A stretch of DNA of 64,000 nucleotides, taken from assembly GCA_964106915.2 (NCBI GenBank), contig OZ066914.1. One strand, written 5' to 3'. Below are positions 1 to 12,217 of this stretch, in pieces (position 1 is the first letter of the stretch; each line of letters opens with the position of its first letter). This DNA is from Podarcis gaigeae. Its lineage: Eukaryota. The notes beneath the pieces were generated by a model, which ran no database searches, had not been told where the DNA came from, and saw nothing but the letters and a program-made list of their open reading frames with translations. The position numbers and the translations under genes were made by a program.

Positions 1-426
1 AAGAGGGGTCCCAGATCTCAGAATAGTTGCGCTTTTTGCATCTCCAGGCAAAATGCATGAGATGCATGACAAGACAGCTCTCCAACCAAGGAGCTATTGG
101 AGGAGATATCAAGTCCTTGCAATGCTGTAAAACCATTCGCTTAGCCACCAATAAAGCATGCAAGTTCCAGGACATTAGGATATAACAGAGCCATCCATGA
201 CCATCCAAATATTTCAGGGACAGTCTCATAACAAAATTAATTTGAGCAAGCACCTTCACCGAAAAAGAAGCCAAAGCAATGTTTTTAATGCCTCCCAAGA
301 AAAAAGTTAAGGCACCCCTGGTCCAAAGTGCCCCATCAGGAGTCCATCAACACACAGTCTTTTTAGCCATCTTCTTGCCTGCACAACTCTCCGAATCCCT
401 TTTGCTATACTGTATAAAGTCCTCAC

Positions 427-700
427 CCGGCCACGGCGTCTTGAGGAGCCTCCTAAGGCGACGATCCTACGCCCACTTACTTAGGAGTAAGCTCCGCAAA
501 AGTGAAATAGGGCAGAGAAATGCACACAAGGTCGGGCTGTGCGCTGCAGCCCGACACCGGCTCCTTCGCCTCAGCCTCCTCCTTCCAGGTCAATCCAGAG
601 GAAGAACAGAAGCACCCACGTCCCACCCGCCCCGTCTGACAAAGCCTTTGCCGCGCTGAGCCCCGGCGGGGGCCGTTGGAACCCGGCGGCTCGAGAGTAG
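427..700 (-). other. Candidate non-coding first exon of the divergent neighbour, STK36 by synteny
   Basis: Minus-strand donors AA|GTAAGT (exon edge 481) and GG|GTGAGG (exon edge 427) at the edge of the CpG island. STK36 lies head-to-head with RNF25 in mammals. No coding sequence is visible, so the identity is inferred only. Confidence 0.4.
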
Positions 701-900
701 GGCGGGGCGGGACGGACGGAGGCTGGTTATCAGCGCAGGCCCCGCGCAACGGCGTCTCCCGGCTGTTGCCTAGCAACCCCCAGCGCCGGAAGAGAACCCG
801 GCAAGCATTCCAAAGCAGTTGAGTTTCCGGGCGTGTCAAGATGGCGGCGACCGGCGACAGCGAGGAGCAGGAGGAGTTGGCTGCGGATTGGTAAGGGAGC
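430..900. promoter_or_regulatory. CpG-island promoter of RNF25, probably bidirectional with STK36
   Basis: CpG-rich; GC boxes GGGCGGGGCGGG at about 700-711, X-box GTTGCCTAGCAAC at 765-777, ETS CCGGAAG at 786-792, YY1 CAAGATGGCGGC over the ATG at 837-848. Confidence 0.8.
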
Positions 901-3900
901 GGTTCGGCCTTGTGTGTCCTGCTTTCTCTCTCAGCGGAAGGCAGATGAGCAAATGCCTGGCGTATCCCCCCCCTTTCCTCCTCTGTTTTCTGTAGCCCAG
1001 GCCATCTCTTCACGAAGGATTTTTTTGTTTCTTCGTCTTGTTCTTATGTAATGTTCGACATGTACGATGTGATTCGTCATCTTCCTGGGTCTCGTCACAA
1101 CCCCCCGCTATTTCTGAGGGTAGGGGGCTGAGAGAGAAAGGCAGCGCCCAGTAGCCGAACAAGCAGCGATATGAATCTTATATTCAAGCCAAGTGCAAAA
1201 TCCACTCCCTGGGCCAATCCTGTTCCTCCTCGCCCTTTGGTCTTCTAGCAGGGTTTTGTTTTGTTTTTTTTACAAACTCCTTATGAAAAACTGTAGATAG
1301 AAAAATAAATGCCTTCTCTTTACCGCACAGTTACCTGGCTAGAAGCATATGCCAACTGAGATCTCTTCTCAGTCAGCTGCTGTTATGCCACTGGTTCCTT
1401 GTGGATATTATGAAAAAATACTCCATGCAACAATCTCACTCTCGGTTAGTATTACAGCTGTGTTTCTGCCCTTTGCAGTATGGAGCTGTGTCGTTTTTCA
1501 GCCACAGAATCAAAACAGAAAGAAAGTGACAGCCTTTCTCAAGCATGGTAAACTACCCACTGTTGTGGGAATTGTGTGTAAGGTAAAATTCTGAGAAGTA
1601 GCCAGAGAGAAATGTTTTTGTGGTTTTCATTATCACTGGCAGCAGCAAAGGTCTGCTAGTTTAGACTTTGTGCCCCTTCACAAGTGCCTATCCTCTTAAG
1701 TGTTTTAGTGGCATTTTAAAAATTCAGGTTATTATGTTGGATTGCCACAAGATATCAGCATTTACAAATGGGTTACATAACCCCCAAAACTTAAATTAAT
1801 GTAGGCATCTAATGTGATGTATGTGTTGTTTGTTCTTCTTGAACACTGATTTGCCTGCCATGGTGATACTCTAAAGCAGTTTTGCCCTGGTGGGCTAGAT
1901 CTTTATCTCTCCCACCCCAATGGGCCAATTTTGAGAAGTGTGTGGGACCACCTACCTGTCAATCATTTGGTGACATATTGATATCAGGTGATTGACAGAT
2001 GGACTGTTCCAACCTACTGTCATTGTTGGCCCTGGGGGAGAATTGAACTCCCTATGCATTAGCTCATGCAAGAGTTGTGTGTATGTGTCTATGTGTTTCT
2101 GTCCTGCTCTGTACATACTGGGAGGTGCTAGTCCAGTTCCAGCAGGAAGAGGCTGATGTGCTTGATCTGAGCTGAATTGAACTTCCTGAGCATCAGCTAA
2201 TGCATAGGAGTTCAATCCTGATTTCTATCTGCCCCACACATAACATCATACATGATGGACTGGAGAAACCTGAGGAAATTAGCCTTATGTATCATATGAA
2301 TATATTTTTTTCTTACTCAGGGCTCTGCCTTCAGAAGTGGAAGTCTTGGAGTCCATCTACTTGGATGAGCTACATGTGTCTAAAGGAAATGGAAGGTAAT
2401 TGCAACATTGTCAGATCCTTTGCTGGTTCTTTGTTTTATGGTATTGATCACTCCTGTGATCTTGCATATGTCATTGTGGAACTTGATTCCTGGTTTAGAA
2501 GACTGTACCCTGTTTTTGGATTAGACTACAGTGTCCTGCACAAACTCGGAATGAATTGCAACCCCTGATTCATGCTTAATTTCCCAAAATATTAGTCACT
2601 TCTTTTTCCCCTCCTTGTATTTGATACTACCATTCTGAAATAGTTATCTTTGTAAGAATATGGGGTGGGAAGAATGAAAGGTCTGCATTATGCCTGCTTC
2701 AATCTCCTTTCAGCCTGAGAAAGGAAGGAATAACAACCCACCTGCATTATCTCTCCTGTTCCATCTTCCTTTCATTTGACACCAGACTCTCACTTGAGCC
2801 TCTCTTCAACCCTAGGTCTGTGCCGTGGGAAATATCTATCACCCTTCATCCAGCAACTGCAGAGGACCAGGAGTCTCAGTACGTCTGCTTAACCTTGGTG
2901 CTATCCGTGCCTCTTCAGGTAAAGCCTTGTATGTCCTGAGTGACTATTTTGCTATGTAGCACTTTAGCATGGCTGTACTGCTCATTTTGACTTGGCTTTG
3001 TTTCTTATTAGTATCCAAATGAAGTGCCAAAGATAGCCATCCAGAATCCTCGAGGGCTGTCAGATGAGCAAATCCAAAAGTAAGTGTATTATGCAAACTC
3101 TTTCCAGTTCAGTGCAAGAAGTAAGGTTTTCTTTGTTTCAGTCTGTCACACTGTTAATGGAAAGTGTGGGGAGGTGGGAGCTTCTTTATATTGTGTTCCA
3201 CCTGCCCAATGATCTTATGTGGAATATGTATTATGCAGCTGTTCTCTTAATTTAGAGCTGTGCTATGAAGGCTGTTGCTATGTTACTAACATTGGGAGCA
3301 TGGGGAATGAGGTTACAAACAAGACTGGAAGTTCTAATCATGTAATCAACATGTTTGGGTACATATAAATTAATTATGGTGTTTGTGTGTAAAATTGGCA
3401 TTGGGGGAATACATGTTAAAGGAGATCTTTCCCTTAAATGTTATTGATAGGTGAACAAAATTAAGAGATGAGAGTCAATGCATCTTGGTACATTACTGTA
3501 TCAGAAATGCAGCATCTTCATCCAAAACAAAGTCCCAGCTTCTGTGGCTCTTTACACGTGGCTTACTAGAACCTGCTTTCCCTTCCCTGCTTTCCCTTCC
3601 CCTAGAAGGGCTTCAAGCTGCTTTTTCAATTTTAGTCTGGTACCACTTCCTTCTAATTTGTACTGAAGTACCTACTGTGTCAGATGAGATACTGGGTGAG
3701 AGGCTGGAGCCCATCCTGTGTTGGTGTTGAGATTGCTATTGCAAGTGGCTGATTTAGCCACTCCAGTTCTTGTCATCTTATTTCCCTGGACAAATATTCT
3801 AGTCTTTCTCCTTACCCTGCCCCCTTTTTTGCCTCCATTTTAGGATTTCCCAGACACTACAATGTACTGCTGAGGCCCAGCTGGGTACAGCTATGTTATA

Positions 3901-6900
3901 TGAGCTAATAGAGGTAAGAGAACAGAAAGGGCTGTTGGACCTGTGGCTTGGGCTGTTGCGCCTTTATTGTGTGAAATGACAAAGTGACCCTTTCTGTCTT
4001 CACAGAAGGGAAAGGAAATCCTTACAGACAACAACATCCCTCATGGGCAGTGTGTGATTTGCCTGTATGGCTTCCAGGTACGGGCATGCTGGATTGGCAT
4101 CTTGTTTTCATTTGTGGGGAGCCATAGGAAATAAAAGCACTAATATAAGGAGGTAGATGAATGAGGTGAAGCTGGGACTCACTCAAAAAGGAAGGAAGAG
4201 GGAATGGGAACTTGTTGGGATGTCTCTAGATCCCTTCCTTAGTGCTGTGTTGCATTCTGTTCTGCAAAAGTGTGTGCATGTGTCCCCATAGTGGGAAGGG
4301 GAGTAACAGTGGGAATGGGGTGCAAAAAGCCCCTGTTAACGTGATTGTTTGAATCTGAGCCAGCAGCCACATATATTACCGTATTTTTCGCTCTATAAGA
4401 CGTACCAGACCACAAGACGCACCTAGTTTTTGGAGGAGGAAAACAAGAAAAAAAAAAATCTGAATCTCAGAAGCCAGAGCAGCAAGAGGGATTGCTGCAC
4501 AGTGAAAGCAGCAAATCCCTCTTGCTGTTCTGGCTTCTGGAATAGCTGCGCAGCCTGCATTCGCTCCATAAGACGCACACACATTTCCCCTTACTTTTTA
4601 GGAGGGAAAAAGTGAGTCTTATAGAGCAAAAAATTCAGTACATATGAATTGAATTGAAATTGGATTGAATGGGAATTATTATTTCAATGTATGCTGAAAA
4701 CGCACAGTGTAGCTGATTTGTATTAATAGGAATCTGTTCCTTCCCCTGTGCAGGAAAACGAAGCTTTCACTAAGACACAATGCTACCACTACTTTCACTC
4801 ACGTTGCCTTGCCAGTTATACAGAGCATATGGAGGAAGAGATTCGTGCAGAGAGGAAAGAAAGAGTACAGCCTTTGGCACCTCTGCCCAAAGAGGTAATA
4901 GCTCCTTGCATGCACCCCACAGCTGCTTCTAGAACTTCACCAACTTTTTCCTCCAGGAATGGCTTCTGAATCTGGATCAGCATTTCCAGTTCATTTTGGT
5001 TATTAGTTATGGTGTTGAGAGCTGTGGACAAGATTTTCCCAGATAAATGTTGAAATGTGTTTCCATGGTTCAGTGCTGTGCATACTTTCACATTTGCAAG
5101 TTATTTTTTCTACAGAGAACAAAATGTTAAGTGATGTGTAAAGTCTGGGAATCTAGTTAAAGACTAGAGGAGATGGTCAACATATCTTCCTTTTCTTCAA
5201 ATACTAAAGAACTGGAGTTCTGTAGATAAAGGCAATCTTCACAGCTGCAGTACAAGTGACGAAAAAGTATACTCATATTATATCTCCTTGAACACCTGTG
5301 TTGCTGTGTTTCCTGGTGGAAAAGATTGTGAATGGACTTCAACATACACAAAAAAGCTTTGCCAAGAAACAAAAGTTATCTTCCTCCACTCCCAAACAAT
5401 AGAAAGTTCTAAGGGCAGGGTTGCTAGTGGTGAATCTTCACTCTGAGATAATTTTTGCACTAGCTTTGATGCAAGTTGTGATTGCATTAGGAAGGCCCAG
5501 TAGCATCTTATAAAAGAGAACACTTTACTGATGGATGTTTATAGAATGAAATTAACTATGTTCCCAGGAGGCTTGGATGATGAGCTCAGAATCCAGGCTG
5601 CCCCATGACCCTTGTAGTCAAACTGCACAGCACTCTTCTACCGATAACACTGTTGTTGAGTGCTAGAGCTCCCCAGGACGAGTAGCAGTTTATCAGGAAA
5701 ATACTACTCTCTTAAGACACACTGGCGGAGCATGAGAACAGTAGCTGTATATCCCATGACTAGGTCTAACCAAGGCTGAATTTTGTTGTTATTACCTTGT
5801 GTACAGGAATTTGAAGTGCAGTGCCCTGTGTGCAGGGAGCCTCTGGTTTATGATCTTGCAACATTGCAAGCAGCACCACCTCCACAGCAGCCAATGGTAA
5901 GGAAACTTTCAAAACAGACCTTTCACATGGACTTGCTGCTCTTTAAAAGATGCACCAGGCAGGCACCCTCTTGCTTCACTAATCTCTCTCACTTATTGGA
6001 CCTGTTGGGCAACCGTATTTCTCCACATGAGCTCTGTTATAAGTGTTATTTCCAAACAATCATATACCTGGTGCTCTGTACTCCTGCAGGTGGCTAACAT
6101 TCTTGTCAATTTTTACTTCTACACCAGGGAGAGGAAATTATTTTCAGCCAGGGAGCTGTCTTCCTTTCTATTCAACCTTCCAGGGGGCACATAGGAATTT
6201 TATTGTTTGTATAGCAGGCTAGTTTAACACCCTTCTTCATTTAGGCAAAAAGTATTAACAGAGTGAAACAACAGATATATTCAACCCGTGTCTTTGCTTC
6301 CCCGTTACACAATAGGTAGTACATTTAGTTGTGTTTAGAAATACCAGCTTAGGTTCTAACTAAGAATCCTCTGGGAGGAGCATGCTGTGACTGGAGTTTT
6401 ACTAATGAGATGTTCTTGCCTGTGTAAGGAGGTGGGAGGCTGCATTTCCCCCCCAGTCTTTGTCTCTGCCTGCCCCCCGGCAGCCCCTTTGCCCATCAGA
6501 TCTGGAGGGTTGAGAGACCCAGAAGGCTCTGTTTAGGCCAACCATTTAATTACATGCCTCTCTTTCCTCAGGAGGTGTACCAACCTGACACACAGACACT
6601 GCAGCACAGAGAACAACTGCGCCTGATCTATCAGAAGCAGCAGGAGAAAGGAGGCATCATTGACCCTGAAGCAGAAAGAAATCGCTACTTCATCAGCCTG
6701 CAAAAGGTTAGTGCAGGGAGCAGGAGTACAAAGAGGATAACTGTCATAGGGAAAGAATGAAACAATGGAGGTAGCAAATTTTACTTGCTGAGACATCCTC
6801 TCTTGTAGCAAAAGAGAGAGCTTTAATATTTGCATCCTAGTCAATTCTATTAAAGTGCTGATTACTTTTGTTGCTGGCAATTTTTTAAGTTACTATAGGG

Positions 6901-7788
6901 AAAGATTTAAGCAGCAAAGCCTGGGGAAGACAGATGGGGCAACATCAATATATTAATTCCTGTGGGATCTTTGCCACTCAGACTGAGAATCAAGCCTGCT
7001 GGGTTTATGCTTTTTCTGCCCTTCATTTTGGTTTCTATCCTTTTTAGCCCCCAGATACCACTGAACATGAACAAGTAGCCATCTCAGAAAATGTTCTGGA
7101 TACTGACAAGGAACTGAGGCCATCCGTAGGCTCAGAACATACCCAAGGAACTGCAGAGGCTGCTGTTCCAGTGAGGAATGAACCTGAAAAACCAGAGAGA
7201 CCTTCTGTCCCTTTGCATTTCCATAGCAAGAGAGAGAGGACTCGAGAGGAGAAACCATCTATACAAGGCCCTGGCTGGCAGCTGCGCTACAAGTCACTGG
7301 AGACACCAGCAGAAACTCATTGTCTTCTCACTGTTGAGGGGAAATCCAGAACCTTCAGTAGAAGACCCAACTGGAGAAAGGAGAGGGGACAGCGAAGCTG
7401 TGGGAGGTACAATCAAGACTTCTCAAAATCTTGCAGCAGAGACCAAGTGTCTTCACTGGTGGAGAAAAAAGAGCTGCGCACCAGAGGAATCTCACCAACC
7501 AAAGAGGGAATGTATTTGAGAGAGGAGAAAAATGTTGTGGGGAAATGGACGCAGGAGCAGAAAAGTCAAGCCCATGACAGTGAGGAAGTAAACTTGGAGG
7601 TTAGCCATAATGAGCTCAGGGGGTCGGCCAAGTGGCAGGGTCGCCGTGGGATGCAGGATTGTAGGCAGTGGGAAAAGACCAAGGGCAGAGAACATGGATC
7701 TTATATTAAAGTGCCAAGAGGCCGAGGACGCACCACATTGAACTCAAGGAGAGAGCTGCAGAGCCAAGAGACTGAGGATGGCTCCTAG
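841..7788 (+). CDS. RNF25: E3 ubiquitin ligase RNF25 (AO7), RWD + RING-H2; join(841..890,2321..2395,2816..2918,3012..3079,3844..3913,4006..4077,4754..4894,5807..5896,6572..6706,7048..7788), 1545 nt, 514 aa
   Basis: Spliced translation MAATGDSEEQEELAADW-ALPSEVEVLESIYLDEL...ITLHPATAEDQESQYVC...NPRGLSDEQI...LGTAMLYELIEKGKEILTDNNIPHGQCVICLYGFQ...CYHYFH..C...CPVCREPLVYDL...GGIIDPEAERNRYFISLQ...EDGS* matches vertebrate RNF25. All introns are GT-AG and phases are consistent. Confidence 0.97.
4379..4638. mobile_element. Tc1/mariner-pogo type MITE
   Basis: TIRs CCGTATTTTTCGCTCTATAAGAC and GTCTTATAGAGCAAAAAATTCAG, flanked by TA on both sides. Confidence 0.8.
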
Positions 7789-7998
7789 CAGGCAGGAGTT
7801 GAGGCTTGAGGGGCTTTTTCTAGGGGTGAACACTGGTGATTTTGTTGTGCTGTCAACCATTGGCCTGGATTGTAAGGAAAAGCAGATCTGTCTTGAAATT
7901 CTCCTCTCGGCCATGGGCGGTTTATGTCTTGCAGAGTAGGGGTATATTGTCCTCAGAGATCAGAATTACTGTCTGTGGACTGTAGTAAATAACTGAAT

Positions 7999-8004
7999 AA
8001 TAAA
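7999..8004 (+). terminator. RNF25 polyadenylation signal AATAAA
   Basis: First AATAAA seen after the RNF25 stop, about 210 nt downstream. Confidence 0.7.
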
Positions 8005-10335
8005 TGGTAGCCAAATGCTATTGCCCATGGGTAAACTGTAGGATCTTACACTGAATCAGCGCTGTGTAGAGGACTGTTTGAGGCTGAATCACTGAACTAA
8101 AAGCCAAGCTTGAAAAATAACTATTAAGTAACCCTGTTCTAAAATAGGTGCTAAAAATAGAAGGACCATAAGGGAGTACAGGTCTCCTTGTTTACTGTCC
8201 AGAACTATGGAGAGGACTTGCCATTAATAGTGTCACTATTTTTAGACATGCCTTATTGATGGTATTGGCATATGTGAAAAGAGTGGACTTTAATCAACAT
8301 TGAATTGGCGGCTGTTGACCACAGAGGGTTCTTTAAGCCCCCCAACTGTGGCCAGACTGAATGTTGGGGTCTCCCACTGCCTCATTGTAATTGGCTAATG
8401 TTCAGTAGTGATTGACCTTGAAGTGCAAACATCAAACATGCCTATTCTAAAGGGCCTTTAAATTATAAGGTCCAACTCCTTACTCACCCAGTAGTTGGAT
8501 TTGGAGATAGTATTGGCATCAAAGGCTTCAGCTCCAGGTACACCAAGGCTCTTGTCTTTGCCTATTTTCACAAATGTAATATCCTGCAATGGTTTACTAA
8601 CTGCAATCCTGTCCAGAGTTCATGTGACTTATGTTTTAGATTTTATCATCTTTGGTTCGAGCCAAATTTGGTTTTGTTGGGGTGAGAAATCTCTCGTGCT
8701 CAACTGTCTTTCTCCTCCTAACCTTATGGCTGTGTGTATGTGCATTCACCCACACACCATTCATGAACAGCTCTACTCTCCATTTGGGAGGGTAATACCA
8801 ATGTACCTACCTATTTTTAGGCTACACAGTCCCTGTCATCTCCCTCAGCAAAATGCAGCCTTGTCTTTATGGGTATTTCTGCTCAGAGGAGGAGTCTGTA
8901 GCAATATGGAGTACATGTGGCCACTATGCAAACATTTTGAGCAGACTTTCCTCCACTTTCTATTTTTTCACATATTTATGGCCTTCCTCCCCCCACAACA
9001 AATTTTACCCTAGGGTGTGTGAAAGTTCCCAAGCTGCTTAGATTCCTTATATGACTGCAAAATGTCCCCCACCCCTCCCCAAGTGAAGCTTTGCCAGACT
9101 TCATAATTTTCCTTTTCTGCTTAGCCACAGTAACATTGTAGATGTGTGACAACTTTACAGAGCACAGTGGCCAAAATGACCTTACAATAGAAATGTGACT
9201 GATTTTAAACCAGTTCATGCTAGAGGCTAAAGGATGTCATTACTCATTTGCATGCATGCACATATACCAGTTTGAGCAGTTCTGCCTATTAAAAGGATTG
9301 ATGTGAGATTGATTTACCTCCCTGCACTGTGGTGAGGTGTAATTTGTGGTGATGTGATGCAAAACACGAGTATTAAAAGCAATTTGAGTAAACCAATCTA
9401 TGACTTTTTCGTGGATAAAGAACATAGCTGCTGCTGTGCTGCATGTGATGAGACCGTTCAACAATATTACCTCCCTGCCTCTTTTTAGATGGTTTATAAC
9501 CTATGACCCAAGTAGTTTAAGACTTCTTAGCTAAAATGAAGTACCTTTTGATTATAAATGAAAAACAATTGGGTTCTAATTTGGACATCTTTCTGTTGGA
9601 TTCACATTTTCTTTTTCTTTTCTTTTTTTGTAAACTATTCTTCTAAGGAGAAAGGCTGCTTCATTTTGCACCACTTGAAACTTCTGAACAATAATGAATG
9701 GAGCCTACATAGAATACAAAACATGGGTAACACAGTATCTAGATCCTGATTGGCTTTTCTGGACAGGGTTATAATACAGACATAGGTCCAGGTCCAGGAA
9801 TACCTAAAAGCTATACATTTTAGGAACTTGGGTCATAAAAACAGACGTAAAGGCACTTTGCTAATTGGTGAGCAAAGTGCATATAGCTAATTGCTGACAC
9901 TTTGCTAATTGGTGAGCTAAGTGCACATAGCTCCTGTAGTGTGCATTAGGTAAAAAAAGAAAGAGAAGAGCTGGATGACAGGCTACTTTATTAGAGTACA
10001 CAAACTGTTCATTTGAGTTTGGATGGATTATTTCAGATTACCTGTTAAACTAAGCAGTCTTCATGATTTGCTTGAACCAAACATATGCAGATATACAATG
10101 TCTGACTCTGCCCTATTGAGCAGCCATCTTGATCTGAAGGGAGGTTATACAATGATGAACGCTCATCCTGATGTGTGGAGGTTATATATAGTTCCATCTA
10201 TATATTTTTCCGTCTTTTATACCACACTTTTTCATGTAGTTCCCCAATTGCAAACAGTCTGGTTTTTAAAAGTGGATTTTGTTGCAGCAAAGCACTTGTT
10301 CCACTTGAATTGTATAGACTTATTTTTCTGATTGT

Positions 10336-10663
10336 GGGATGCGGGTGGCGCTGTGGGTTAAACCACAGAGCCTAGGACTTGCCGATCAGAAGGTCGGCGG
10401 TTCGAATCCCCGCGACAGGGTGAGCTCCCATTGCTCGGTTACCTAGCAGTTGAAAGCACGTCAAAGTGCAAGTAGATAAATAGGTACCGCTCCGGCGGGA
10501 AGGTAAACGGTGTTTCCTTGCACCGCTCAGGTTTGCCAGAAGCAGTTTAGTCATGACCTGGAAGCTATATGCTGGCTCCCTCGGACAATAAAGCGAGATG
10601 AGCACCGCAACCCCAGAGTCGGTCACGACTGAACCAAATGGTCAGGGGTCTCTTTACCTTTAC
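10336..10663 (+). mobile_element. Sauria SINE, near full length
   Basis: tRNA-like head with A box (GTGGCGCTGTGG) and B box (GGTTCGAATCC), body GTGCAAGTAGATAAATAGGTACC, ACCTTT-type tail; TSD TATTTTTCTGAT at 10321-10332 and 10664-10675. Confidence 0.9.
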
Positions 10664-12014
10664 TATTTTTCTGATATGCAACTGAATCCCTTTGAAATAT
10701 GTAATGGGACGGTGCCATGTGGGAGGTATGGTAGAAGAGAGATGAACGTGCTCAAAACTGGAACAGGAGCCAAACAGACAAGTAGGAAGGGATGAGACTG
10801 GGAAATAAAGGGACAAGAGGAGCAATGGAGTGAGGGTACCATGTTGAAGAACCGAAGGTGAACAAAATACTGTTTGCCCCATTTGCTCTCTAGGACTGTT
10901 GAGATCCTTAAAAAATATCCATCACTATTAACAAGTGTTTGATTATAGGGCATACACAGCGTACTCATGGAGGAAACAGCTGCTGCTTTTTCTTTCATTC
11001 TGACACCCTTGGTGAATGGCTGTGCCTCCTTGAGTAGGTCTCAAGGCATCTGGATCTGTGCTGTTGATCACATCCTCTGCTTGACACTTTCCCCTATTGT
11101 TTTGCTGTCTCCTGATTGTTCTGCCTTCCTTTTTACCAACTGCTCTCGATCCTTTAAGGACTTTAGCCCTCATTTCATAAACCCACCCCATTTTCTTCCA
11201 TCATGTCCACATCCAGCAATTTCTTTTATAAAATCTCTGAAGTGCAGGATCTGTTTCTTCCTGAACCTTCCTAGTCTTTCCCATGCTTTCGCCTATTTGT
11301 CTGTGATATATTAGAGTTACTGTCCCTCCCTGGGTCAAAACTAATACCTCAAGTATCTTCTCTCTCCACCCCCCCCCAATGTATGAAAGAACAATTCCCC
11401 CTTTCCATGTTTTGCTGTTGTAACATTGGCAAGAAGAGCAAGCGCTGTTTCACACCTGTTCCAAAAGAGGAGTGTGGTCAGTGTGAAAGAGCCAGATACT
11501 TTTGCGATGGTCGGTAAAAACCACTTCAGCTCACGAGACTTTGCCATAGCCTGAAAGAGAAACAAGGCCAGGCACGCACAACATTTACCTATTGGCAAAT
11601 ACATATTTTAAATGGTAAAAGTCTTGATTGTAAGGCCAGCAGACAGATTCTATCTTTAAAAGGTATAATTAAACAAGCCCTTTTCTTCACAGTGTAGTCA
11701 AGTGTCTACCTGTGTGAAGAGAACATGTCACAGGGTTGGCTGCTCTCACCATTGAACCTCCGCTGCCTTTCCCTCGCACCAAATGATTCTGGCAGTAACA
11801 GGATTAGGGCTTTGGTTTGGAATCTGCTATAGATCATGCCACTGAGTAACTAGGAGTTCATAAACAGCAGACATACACCCTGAAATCACCTTTTGTGTGT
11901 TGTGTTTGTGTGTGTCTGTCCCCTCCGGCTAGTTATGACACCTTTTGGGCCTCTCCTCAGGTGTTAACATTTGCCATCTGGAGGACATAAGTTCCACAAC
12001 ACCTGAGCTTCACA

Positions 12015-12068
12015 TTTATTCATTTTCAAGAGTTGCATTGTAGGAGTTATGTTGGGTTGCTCTTTATT
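12015..12068 (-). terminator. BCS1L tandem polyadenylation signals
   Basis: Minus-strand AATAAA at 12063-12068 and 12015-12020, 150-200 nt after the stop, with a convergent gene beyond. Confidence 0.6.
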
Positions 12069-12217
12069 TTCTTTACAAAAAGGTGGCCTCACTGAGGTGG
12101 ACATGTGGATGGCATCATCCTCACGATTATCTCATCCCGCCTAAACAAATCCATGCATGCAAACAACCCTTTTCCTGGGGAAGCCATATACAAAGCGGTC
12201 TCGGGGTTTGTTCAACG

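Noticed and set aside
279-1051. Overlapping ORFs of 72-178 aa in the left CpG island
   Set aside because: Expected in GC-rich DNA; the real RNF25 first coding exon is only 841-890.
8495-9013. 172-aa ORF downstream of RNF25
   Set aside because: Non-ATG start, no recognisable domain, no supporting splice or codon pattern.
10336-10420. tRNA gene
   Set aside because: The A and B boxes belong to a SINE head; no complete cloverleaf or terminator.
11480-12092. Possible intron in the BCS1L 3' UTR (minus donor near 12092, acceptor near 11551)
   Set aside because: Only isolated splice-like motifs; two canonical poly(A) signals inside it explain the 3' end more simply.
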